A DNA stretch of 36,304 nucleotides. It comes from Clostridia bacterium. GTDB taxonomy: Bacteria; Bacillota; Clostridia; Peptostreptococcales; Anaerovoracaceae. A program made the position numbers and the translations under genes. This document shows positions 26,195 through 33,787 of this stretch, in pieces. Position 1 is the first letter of the stretch. Every line of letters starts with the position of its first letter. The stretch is taken from assembly GCA_024403155.1 (NCBI GenBank), contig JAKSSH010000001.1, forward strand, positions 1 through 36,304, given 5' to 3'. The notes under the pieces were generated by a model. The model worked only from the letters and a program-made list of their open reading frames with translations, was not told the origin of the DNA and did not search any database.

Positions 26195-26222
26195 ATTATA
26201 CACAAAATATTCTGACCGTCAA
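26195..26222 (-). promoter_or_regulatory. Sigma-A promoter for nrdDG
   Basis: TTGACG (26222-26217), 16 bp, TATAAT (26200-26195). Confidence 0.7.
26200..26215. promoter_or_regulatory. NrdR box (distal), in the promoter spacer
   Basis: ACACAAAATATTCTGA, 42 bp (about four helical turns) from the proximal box. Confidence 0.7.
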
Positions 26223-26235
26223 TAACTTATTCATC

Positions 26236-26271
26236 AAAAAAACAAAAAACCCTGAAATAACATCAGGGTTT
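26236..26271 (-). terminator. Intrinsic terminator after the GNAT gene
   Basis: AAACCCTGA/TCAGGGTTT stem followed by a long U-rich tract on the minus strand. Confidence 0.8.
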
Positions 26272-26288
26272 CCGATAATGTTTTTATG

Positions 26289-26825
26289 TTATCTTTTAAA
26301 GTACTCGTTACTGAGCATCGACATAAGGTTAAGATCATAGTATACGCCATCCTTGCTGCATGCGTTTCTTGCAACGCCTTCATCAACAAATCCAAGCCTT
26401 CTGTACAGTGCTGCAGCCCTTGTATTTCCGGTGAAATAGTCCAGTGTTACCCTTTCCATCTTCATTTCCTCGAAAAAGTGTTTCAGTAGACCTTCAAGTA
26501 CTTCGCTTCCTATTCCAGCACCTCTGTTATCACCGCCAACATATATCTTGGTAATGTCCAGAGAATTATAATGCTTTTCTATTCTTGAAATAATTACTCT
26601 GCCTAAAGGTTTTCCTGTTTTCTTATCTTCAATGGCACAGTCGATAACTGAATCATCATTTCTGAATGCAAATGCTTCAGTCACCACATCCTCCATCTTT
26701 CTGTTTTTGTCCAGTGCGAAATACTTTGTCATATCCTGATCGTTTTCCCATTCCAGAAAATATGCGAAATCATCAAAGCATGCATTTCTTACAATATAGT
26801 TATCTGTTTCTATTCTTAAATCCAT
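26289..26825 (-). CDS. GNAT-family N-acetyltransferase (RimJ/RimL/SpeG-like)
   Basis: NRGAGIG acetyl-CoA motif A, NTRAAALYRRLGFVDEG motif B; start placed at MDLRIET after SD-like AAAGGAAG. Confidence 0.85.
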   Translation of the reverse strand: MDLRIETDNYIVRNACFDDFAYFLEWENDQDMTKYFALDKNRKMEDVVTEAFAFRNDDSVIDCAIEDKKTGKPLGRVIISRIEKHYNSLDITKIYVGGDNRGAGIGSEVLEGLLKHFFEEMKMERVTLDYFTGNTRAAALYRRLGFVDEGVARNACSKDGVYYDLNLMSMLSNEYFKR

Positions 26826-26929
26826 TTTTTTCTTCCTTTGTTTCACTGAAATAACACATTTTTTTATACATTTGATGTATAATGACATTATATTGATAAT
26901 ATACGTTTTTAACAAGGAGATTTACATAT

Positions 26930-28312
26930 ATGAAGCGCTTTTTAGCTGTAATTATTTCACTCATATTTGCTTTAACACTGGTTCTTTCAGGTTGCGGAGA
27001 AATTGACAGAGACAAGGAACTGAAGGATATACAGAAAACAACCGAAAACGGACTTGAAGATACATTTGCAGAAGAAACCTGTGATTTTGAGCTTCTTCTT
27101 GAGTACATAGAGTCCTGGGCCAAGAATGCAGATATTGAAATAGCAGATAAGACAAAGCATTCAATTATACTTAAAAACCCTGCAACCAAAGGTCATGAAA
27201 GTGATGAAAGCACTTCCCTGATCTGCAGTGTTGATCCTGATCAGATTCAGACACAGATCAAGGTTATTTCTACTGCAACAACTGCCCTCATGGGTCCGAC
27301 CAAACATGGCAGCATTACTCTTGCCATATCCGAAACAAAAAACGGACGTATGTTAGGCATGGAAAACCTGGACTACAGCAAAATTAAGAGCGATAACCTT
27401 ATTCAGCTTCAGCCGTCCACAAGCAATACCATTCTCACATCAGGTGCAGACAATGCAAGCTGCATTTTCACTGCTGCAGCCAATACCAAGCAATCCCACT
27501 ATGCGAAGGCATATGAAATTACGATGAGCATGGCTAAATACACAGATCCTTATAACTTTGTTAAGGGCAGCAACTACCCTAACCCTATTAATGTAATAGG
27601 CGGTCTTCTTGCTACAGCCAAAAGCTCAGGCAGGCTCTTTGACATAGCATCCTTCACATATGAAGGAAAAACGGGATATACCCCATATTCTGCAACTGCA
27701 GTTGTTGTAATTGATGATAACAATGTTGAAAGTTTCATAAAGAAGTTTGACAAATCTTATGAGAATATGGAAGAAAAGTTTGAAAAACTTGAAGACAATT
27801 TCGTATATACAATGACAGAAACTGATATGCCTGAAACTGTTCTCAGAGATAAGGTTTCAAACCATATTATCAGTCTTATGTACACTCTCAATACAGGAAT
27901 CTGCAATCAGGACGAGGAATCAGGCATTGTTTATTCAACTTCCTACATCAAATCCATAAGCACCAGCGATGATGAATTCAAGCTGCTAATCGACGTCAGA
28001 GCCAGAGGTGAAGAAAATCTTAATGACCTTACATCCGAATATGAAGTAACTTCCGGTCTCTGCAATACTGATTTTGCATGTAAAAAAGGCAGCAAAATCT
28101 GGTCTGCTGCCAAAGGTTCTACCCTTGTAGACTTCTTTACGGAAGCCGTTCCGCTTAATGAAGCTGAAGAAAGCGATATCAGCCTAAAGACCTATGAAAC
28201 AGATCTAATAGCCAAAAAGCTTTCCAAGCAAAATATGATAATCTATACATTTGATAAAGGTGACAGAACCGATGTGATTCTGAACATCACTCATTTTATA
28301 GAAGAAAACTAA
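26930..28312 (+). CDS. Lipoprotein with PepD (M20 aminoacyl-histidine dipeptidase)-like sequence, apparently lacking catalytic ligands
   Basis: Lipobox LSGC; collinear by eye with PepD (IILKNPATKGHE, NPINVIGGLL, GIVYST, YETDLIAKKL) but no HxD, EE or C-terminal His motif. Confidence 0.65.
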   Translation: MKRFLAVIISLIFALTLVLSGCGEIDRDKELKDIQKTTENGLEDTFAEETCDFELLLEYIESWAKNADIEIADKTKHSIILKNPATKGHESDESTSLICSVDPDQIQTQIKVISTATTALMGPTKHGSITLAISETKNGRMLGMENLDYSKIKSDNLIQLQPSTSNTILTSGADNASCIFTAAANTKQSHYAKAYEITMSMAKYTDPYNFVKGSNYPNPINVIGGLLATAKSSGRLFDIASFTYEGKTGYTPYSATAVVVIDDNNVESFIKKFDKSYENMEEKFEKLEDNFVYTMTETDMPETVLRDKVSNHIISLMYTLNTGICNQDEESGIVYSTSYIKSISTSDDEFKLLIDVRARGEENLNDLTSEYEVTSGLCNTDFACKKGSKIWSAAKGSTLVDFFTEAVPLNEAEESDISLKTYETDLIAKKLSKQNMIIYTFDKGDRTDVILNITHFIEEN

Positions 28313-29580
28313 TCTTCTATTCTTTCAATGTTGGCTCCCAGACCCTTGAGTTTATCAACAAAATGTTCATAACCTCTGTCTATGTGGTAAATCTGGGAAA
28401 CCTCAGTTACTCCATCAGCAATCAATCCGGTAAGAACAACCGCAGCACCTGCTCTGAGGTCTGTGGCCACAACCGATGCGCCTTTTAGTGCCTTATTACC
28501 GGGAATTATTGCACACTTGCCTTCTGTTCTAATTCCGGCACCCATACGGTTAAATTCACCAACATGCATGAATCTGTTCTCAAATACTGTTTCCATTACA
28601 ACGCTAGGTCCCTTGGCAACTGTAAGCAGCGCCATGAACGGTGACTGCATGTCTGTTGGGAATCCTGGATAAGGAAGCGTCTTAATATCAGTTGATACCA
28701 GAGGATTCCTGCCTCCATCAACCAGAACGCCGTCATCTGTAAATTCAATATATACTCCGCACTCCCTGAGCTTGGCTATTACAGCCTTCAGGTGGTCAGG
28801 AAGCATGTTCTTAATAAGAATTTTACCTCTTGTAATGGCCGCACTTACCATAAATGTTCCTGCTTCAATTCTATCAGGAATTACATGGTGTGATACGCCA
28901 TGAAGTTTCTCTACGCCTTCAATCTTGATCGTGTCTGTTCCCGCGCCCTTAATACGTGCTCCCATCTTGTTAAGGAAGTTAGCCAGGTCAACAATTTCAG
29001 GTTCCTGTGCGGCATTTTCCAGAATGGTTGTACCCTTTGCCACTGCAGCCGCCATTACGATTACTTCTGTTGCCCCTACACTTGGGAAGTCCAGATATAT
29101 TGTTGCACCATGAAGTTCATCTGCCCTGGCATCAACAATACCTTTAAGAAGCTGATCCTCATCCACTGTTGCACCCAGAGCTCTGAGTCCCTTAAGGTGC
29201 AGTTCAATAGGTCTTTCACCTATTGCACATCCACCAGGCAGATGGATGATTGCATGGCCTGTTCTCAGCAGCAGTGCTCCAAGAACCAGGATTGATGCTC
29301 TCATCTGTTTGACAAGCTCAAATGGAGCTTCGCTTGATATTTCTCCATCAGCCCTTACGTTAATTCTGTTATTATCAAGTTCTTTTTCTGTAGTTGCACC
29401 GAGACATGACAGTAGTTCGCACATTACATCAACATCTCTAAGTGCAGGAACATCAAGAATCTCACAGTTCTCATCTGTCAGCAGTGTTGCTGCCATGATT
29501 GGAAGAACTGCGTTCTTTGACCCGCTTATCTTAACCTCCCCGTTGAGAGGAGCGCTTTTTTTAACAAGAAATTTTGCCAC
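28309..29580 (-). CDS. murA: UDP-N-acetylglucosamine 1-carboxyvinyltransferase
   Basis: SGSKNAVLP, MRASI, LPGGCAIG, SVGAT, PYPGFPTDMQ, TDLRAGA, HIDRGYE; GTG start with SD GGAGG. Confidence 0.98.
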   Translation of the reverse strand: MAKFLVKKSAPLNGEVKISGSKNAVLPIMAATLLTDENCEILDVPALRDVDVMCELLSCLGATTEKELDNNRINVRADGEISSEAPFELVKQMRASILVLGALLLRTGHAIIHLPGGCAIGERPIELHLKGLRALGATVDEDQLLKGIVDARADELHGATIYLDFPSVGATEVIVMAAAVAKGTTILENAAQEPEIVDLANFLNKMGARIKGAGTDTIKIEGVEKLHGVSHHVIPDRIEAGTFMVSAAITRGKILIKNMLPDHLKAVIAKLRECGVYIEFTDDGVLVDGGRNPLVSTDIKTLPYPGFPTDMQSPFMALLTVAKGPSVVMETVFENRFMHVGEFNRMGAGIRTEGKCAIIPGNKALKGASVVATDLRAGAAVVLTGLIADGVTEVSQIYHIDRGYEHFVDKLKGLGANIERIED

Positions 29581-29625
29581 CGTTAACCTCCGGTTTCATT
29601 TAATATCTCACAAGTTTTTTCCCGT

Positions 29626-29656
29626 AAAAAAAGGGCAAATAAATTGCTCCTTTTTT
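29626..29656 (-). terminator. Intrinsic terminator after abrB
   Basis: AAAAAAGGAGCAA-TTTAT-TTGCCCTTTTTTT imperfect stem with U tract. Confidence 0.65.
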
Positions 29657-29663
29657 CTCGTGT

Positions 29664-29906
29664 TTATAAGTTCTGCAGATCCTTGATACACTTGGCACAT
29701 ACATTCTTGCCGTGTATCTGTTTAACATCGTCTGAACTTCCGCAGAAGATGCACGCAGGCTGATATTTCTTCAGCATGATTGATTCTCCATCAACATAGA
29801 TTTCCAGTGGATCTCTGATGTCAATATTCAGTGTTCTTCTAAGTTCAATAGGAAGTACTATTCTTCCGAGTTCGTCAACTTTTCTTACGATACCAGTAGC
29901 TTTCAT
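29664..29906 (-). CDS. abrB: AbrB-family transition-state regulator
   Basis: MKATGIVRKVDELGRIVLPIELRR signature; C-terminal CIFC...CAKC. Confidence 0.9.
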   Translation of the reverse strand: MKATGIVRKVDELGRIVLPIELRRTLNIDIRDPLEIYVDGESIMLKKYQPACIFCGSSDDVKQIHGKNVCAKCIKDLQNL

Positions 29907-29952
29907 GTATGGCTCCTTTCAATTAGTGCAAGGTTAAATTCCGGATAATACT

Positions 29953-30282
29953 CTAATCTTCTTTATCCTTTGACATCATTCCCTTTATTGATGCCGCAGA
30001 TTTCACTATGCTTGCTATAGCAGATACAGTTCCCTGATTTCCTTTTAATGCATCTGACAGATCTGCCACTGAGCATGATACATTCGAAATTATGTTATTC
30101 ACATCCTGACTTCTCTCGGATGCAATTGATGAAACAACCTCCACATCCTCAAGTATGGTGTTTGTGTGCTCTAAAGTTACTAGAAGCTTTCTGACCATAA
30201 TGATTGCATAGATAATCAATACAATCAGTGCTATAAGTACAAGGGCTATTAAAAGTGTTTTCAAATCAATAGTTACATTCAT
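29953..30282 (-). CDS. Small single-pass membrane protein with coiled coil (DUF948/YoxC-like)
   Basis: Hydrophobic N-terminal helix followed by heptad-like segment; SD GGAAGGA. Family call tentative. Confidence 0.6.
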   Translation of the reverse strand: MNVTIDLKTLLIALVLIALIVLIIYAIIMVRKLLVTLEHTNTILEDVEVVSSIASERSQDVNNIISNVSCSVADLSDALKGNQGTVSAIASIVKSAASIKGMMSKDKED

Positions 30283-30333
30283 AATATTCCTTCCCTTCCG
30301 TACAAACTATTATTACACAAAATGGAAATTATT

Positions 30334-31068
30334 TCAATATGTTTTTTCATAAATTTTGAGTATCTCGGAGCTGTAATTCCCTTCAGAATCGTATACCGGA
30401 AGCTCATCAGTAATAGTAAGTTCGCGACCTCCTCCAAGCACACAATCAACGAGAATTATATTGGCAGTTCCACCCTTTTTCGGAACCACAAACCTGACAT
30501 TTTTAGGCTCAAGTTTATACTTCCTGCAGAAGTAGAAAATATCTACCAGCCTTGAGGGTCTGTGAACCATGCATAGGTGTCCCCTATCCTTCAGAATCCA
30601 GGCTGCAGCTGCAATAAAGTCTTCAATGTCAGCAGTAGTTTCCTGCCTTGCAATGAGCCTGGAACTGCTGCTGTTATCGATGCCTGCTCCCCTTGGAACA
30701 TACGGCGGATTTGATACAACCAGATCAGCGAAACGACCAAGCTCGGGGTTGGTGTTTTTCAGCTGAGAAACATCTGCATTAATGAGACTGATTCTTTCAT
30801 CAAGTCCATTGATTTCCACGGTTCTTTTTGCCAGACTTATGGCTTCCTTCTGAACATCAATCCCGGTTATTTTACTGCCGGAAATCTTGTGACTGAGAAC
30901 CAGCGGAATAATTCCGTTTCCACATCCCAGATCCACTACAGTATCTGCATCAGGCATAAAAGAAGCAGCGAAATCCGCCAGAATAATTGCATCAACTCCG
31001 AATCTGAAACCATCGTCGCTCTGAATGAGTTTAAGATCGTTGAATCCAATGTTTTCGATACTTTCCAT
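30334..31068 (-). CDS. tRNA1(Val) A37 N6-methyltransferase family (YabB/TrmN6-like)
   Basis: FRFGVDAIILADF, VDLGCGNGIIP, SNPPY, MVHRPSRL; follows ricT as is usual. Confidence 0.88.
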   Translation of the reverse strand: MESIENIGFNDLKLIQSDDGFRFGVDAIILADFAASFMPDADTVVDLGCGNGIIPLVLSHKISGSKITGIDVQKEAISLAKRTVEINGLDERISLINADVSQLKNTNPELGRFADLVVSNPPYVPRGAGIDNSSSSRLIARQETTADIEDFIAAAAWILKDRGHLCMVHRPSRLVDIFYFCRKYKLEPKNVRFVVPKKGGTANIILVDCVLGGGRELTITDELPVYDSEGNYSSEILKIYEKTY

Positions 31069-31073
31069 ATCGG

Positions 31074-32018
31074 TTAATCCTTCATCAGTTTCTCAATTTC
31101 CTTCAGCTGTTCAGCATCAAGTCCGCTAAGATCATCGTCTTTCTTGTTGTTTCTGTTATTATTCTTGCTGCCTTTTTTGCCAAGTCTTCTGATTTCCTCC
31201 TTGCCGTAGGTATAGAAATCTGTGCTCAGCTTTTCCTCATTGTCATTTTCCTCTGAAGCTTCTTCAAGAACAATTCTCGCTTTTACTATGTTTTCAAGAA
31301 TATTTACATCGGTAACCAGCCCGATACCGTCCGGAGTCTTTACTCTTTCTCCTACATTAGGCATGCCCTTCTTCATTTCGTTGTAAATATCATTTTCATA
31401 TTTCAGACAGCACATGAGTCTGCCACAGATTCCGGATATTTTTGTAGGATTTAATGACAAATTCTGAACTTTGGCCATTTTAATGGATACCGGCTCAAAA
31501 TCCCTAAGCCATGTGTTACAGCAAAGGCCTCTTCCACAGTTACCTACACCTCCCAGCATCTTTGCTTCATCACGAACGCCAATCTGTCTCAGTTCAATTC
31601 TCATTCTGAAAACAGAAGCAAGATCCTTTACCAGTTCTCTGAAGTCAACTCTGCCGTCAGCTGTGAAGTAGAATACGACCTTACTGTTATCAAAAGTGTA
31701 TTCAACGTCAATAAGTTTCATTTCCAGATTGTGAGCATCTATCTTTTCCTGGCAGATTCTAAGAGCTTCTGCTTTCTTTGCCAGGTTCTCTTCATGCTTT
31801 TTGTGATCTGCTTCTGTAGCTATTCTAACAATGTTCTTCAGAGGTGCCACCAGTTCAGACTCATTTACTTCTGTTTCTGCCTGACAAACGGTACCAAACT
31901 CAAGGCCTCTTGCAGTTTCCACTATTACATTGTCTCCTAAAGCGGTTTTTAAGTCTCCCGGTGAGAAAAAGTACATTTTTCCGGCATCCTTAAATTTTAT
32001 TCCAACAACACTTGTCAT
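31074..32018 (-). CDS. ricT: PSP1-domain protein RicT/YaaT
   Basis: FTADGRVDFRELVKDL, RIELRQIGVRDEA, CGRGLCC, KISGICGRLMCCLKYE. Confidence 0.93.
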   Translation of the reverse strand: MTSVVGIKFKDAGKMYFFSPGDLKTALGDNVIVETARGLEFGTVCQAETEVNESELVAPLKNIVRIATEADHKKHEENLAKKAEALRICQEKIDAHNLEMKLIDVEYTFDNSKVVFYFTADGRVDFRELVKDLASVFRMRIELRQIGVRDEAKMLGGVGNCGRGLCCNTWLRDFEPVSIKMAKVQNLSLNPTKISGICGRLMCCLKYENDIYNEMKKGMPNVGERVKTPDGIGLVTDVNILENIVKARIVLEEASEENDNEEKLSTDFYTYGKEEIRRLGKKGSKNNNRNNKKDDDLSGLDAEQLKEIEKLMKD

Positions 32019-32039
32019 AAATATCCTCCAATTTATATT

Positions 32040-32843
32040 TTACATGGACATCTTAAGAATCAGATTCTTCAATGCATAAGAAGCTGACATCCCTTGGTGT
32101 ATATGCTTTCTTGCCTCTTCGATATCATGAATATTCTCGTAAATATCCTCAAATTTATACAGGCTTACGCCCTGATGCTTTTCCGTAATAAGTTTTATGT
32201 AAACAATCTCGAGTTCGTCCAGAAGCTCAAGTGTTTTATCCCTATCCTTAAGGTATTCCTCAATAAACCGGTTAATCTCAAATATCGGAGCTCCTTCAAG
32301 TATCATACCGGCCAGTTTGTTTGCCTTTGTACCTGCATTTTCCTGAAATTCCCCTTCTATTCTGTACTTCACACAACGGCTCAGAATTGTCTGTGTAAGG
32401 TTTTCTATATTATCCGATAAAAGTATCAGGAGCGAATCTCCCGGCGGCTCTTCGAGGGTTTTAAGCAGTCTGTTCTGTGCCCTCAGAGTCATGGTATCGC
32501 TGTCTTTTACCACAACAACATTTCTGTTTCCCAAAGGTTTGATATTCAGTTTATCCTGGATAACTTCAATGGCTGAATCCTTTACCGAAAGACCATCCTT
32601 CTCCACATATGTAATGTCCTCGTGGTTATCGTGATCCACCTTGTCGCAAATGCTACACTTGCCGCAGTTTTCACCTCTGTTGTCCGGGCACAGTACCCCC
32701 TTGATGAAAGCTTGTGCAAAAGCAGACTTGTCCAGATTCCCCGGTCCTTCGAAAATATATGCATGGGAAACTTTATTCTCTTCAACAACCTTTTCAAGTC
32801 TTTCTGTTAGTTTTGAATTGTTGGTGCTGCAATTAAATTTCAT
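32040..32843 (-). CDS. holB: DNA polymerase III delta' subunit
   Basis: SHAYIFEG, Zn motif C...CGKCSIC, AQNRLLKTLEEPP, TILSRC; tmk-holB-ricT context. Confidence 0.92.
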   Translation of the reverse strand: MKFNCSTNNSKLTERLEKVVEENKVSHAYIFEGPGNLDKSAFAQAFIKGVLCPDNRGENCGKCSICDKVDHDNHEDITYVEKDGLSVKDSAIEVIQDKLNIKPLGNRNVVVVKDSDTMTLRAQNRLLKTLEEPPGDSLLILLSDNIENLTQTILSRCVKYRIEGEFQENAGTKANKLAGMILEGAPIFEINRFIEEYLKDRDKTLELLDELEIVYIKLITEKHQGVSLYKFEDIYENIHDIEEARKHIHQGMSASYALKNLILKMSM

Positions 32844-33476
32844 CTATTTCTTTGATTTCAACAGTTCATTAACTCTGTCAATGATTACTGCAGCTATGTT
32901 TTCTATTGTATCTGTAGCTTCTATTCCAACGATTCTGTCAGAATACTTCTTTTCCAGTTCCAGATATCCTTCATATACCTTCTGATGGAATTCTTCTGAA
33001 GCAAGTTCGATTCTATCTCTCTCCTCATTCCTGACTGATATTCTTCTGTTTCCTTCCCGGGGATTTACCTTCAGAAGAACTGTCATGTCGGGCATGCAGT
33101 CTCCAATTGCGAAACTGTTGATAATGTTTACGGAATCTCCCAGATTTCTTCCGTAGCCCTGGTATGCAATACTGGAGTCAACAAATCTATCGCAGATAAC
33201 AACCTTACCCTCTTCAATTGCAGGTTTAATCACCTGAGCAACAAGCTGCGCCCTGGCAGCTGCATAGAGCATGGTTTCAGTCATGTCATCCATTTCTGAA
33301 TTATTCTTATCAAGAATAATTTCACGGATCTTTTCACTTATTTCTGTTCCGCCGGGTTCTCTGGTAATCAGCACCTCTTTTCCGGCCTTCTCAAGATTCT
33401 GTTTAAGAATAGTGATCTGGGTAGATTTACCGCTACCGTCCCCGCCTTCAAATGTTATAAATAATCCTTTGTTCAT
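32844..33476 (-). CDS. tmk: Thymidylate kinase
   Basis: FITFEGGDGSGKST, TREPGG, ICDRFVDSSIAYQG. Confidence 0.98.
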   Translation of the reverse strand: MNKGLFITFEGGDGSGKSTQITILKQNLEKAGKEVLITREPGGTEISEKIREIILDKNNSEMDDMTETMLYAAARAQLVAQVIKPAIEEGKVVICDRFVDSSIAYQGYGRNLGDSVNIINSFAIGDCMPDMTVLLKVNPREGNRRISVRNEERDRIELASEEFHQKVYEGYLELEKKYSDRIVGIEATDTIENIAAVIIDRVNELLKSKK

Positions 33477-33685
33477 TCTCTGTTCTTCTGCTTTCTCGCT
33501 TTGCGACGCTTTCTCTTGCTTGGCTTCCTGCGTTCTGCACGCTCTTCCGGTGTATATGATCTGCCACTGTTTTCACGGGCTGATCTCTTAGGCATTTCAT
33601 CCATGAGTTTATCAACTATATACAGCAGAAAAACGGCAAAAGGCAGCACCAGCAGAAGAAGAAATATTATCTTCAGAAATGTCAT
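33473..33685 (-). CDS. Hypothetical 70-aa membrane-anchored basic protein
   Basis: SD GGAGG before ATG 33685, one TM helix, Lys/Arg-rich tail, ATGA overlap with tmk. Confidence 0.75.
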   Translation of the reverse strand: MTFLKIIFLLLLVLPFAVFLLYIVDKLMDEMPKRSARENSGRSYTPEERAERRKPSKRKRRKARKQKNRE

Positions 33686-33710
33686 TAATTGCCCCTCCGC
33701 ACACACAGTT

Positions 33711-33719
33711 AGTATAACA
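33711..33719 (-). promoter_or_regulatory. Extended -10 promoter for the small ORF-tmk operon
   Basis: TGTTATACT immediately after the terminator U tract. Confidence 0.55.
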
Positions 33720-33720
33720 C

Positions 33721-33744
33721 AAAAAGGGGCGGCATGCCGCCCCT
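33721..33744 (-). terminator. Intrinsic terminator after the M28 peptidase gene
   Basis: Perfect 20-bp palindrome AGGGGCGGCATGCCGCCCCT followed by TTTT on the minus strand. Confidence 0.85.
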
Positions 33745-33787
33745 ATATTGTAAAAATGTGTAAATTATATTGGCTGATTATCAGAGA

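Noticed and set aside
32720-32770. Degenerate Walker A in HolB (GPGNLDK) as a sign of decay
   Set aside because: The delta' subunit is normally ATPase-inactive; Zn motif and SRC are intact.
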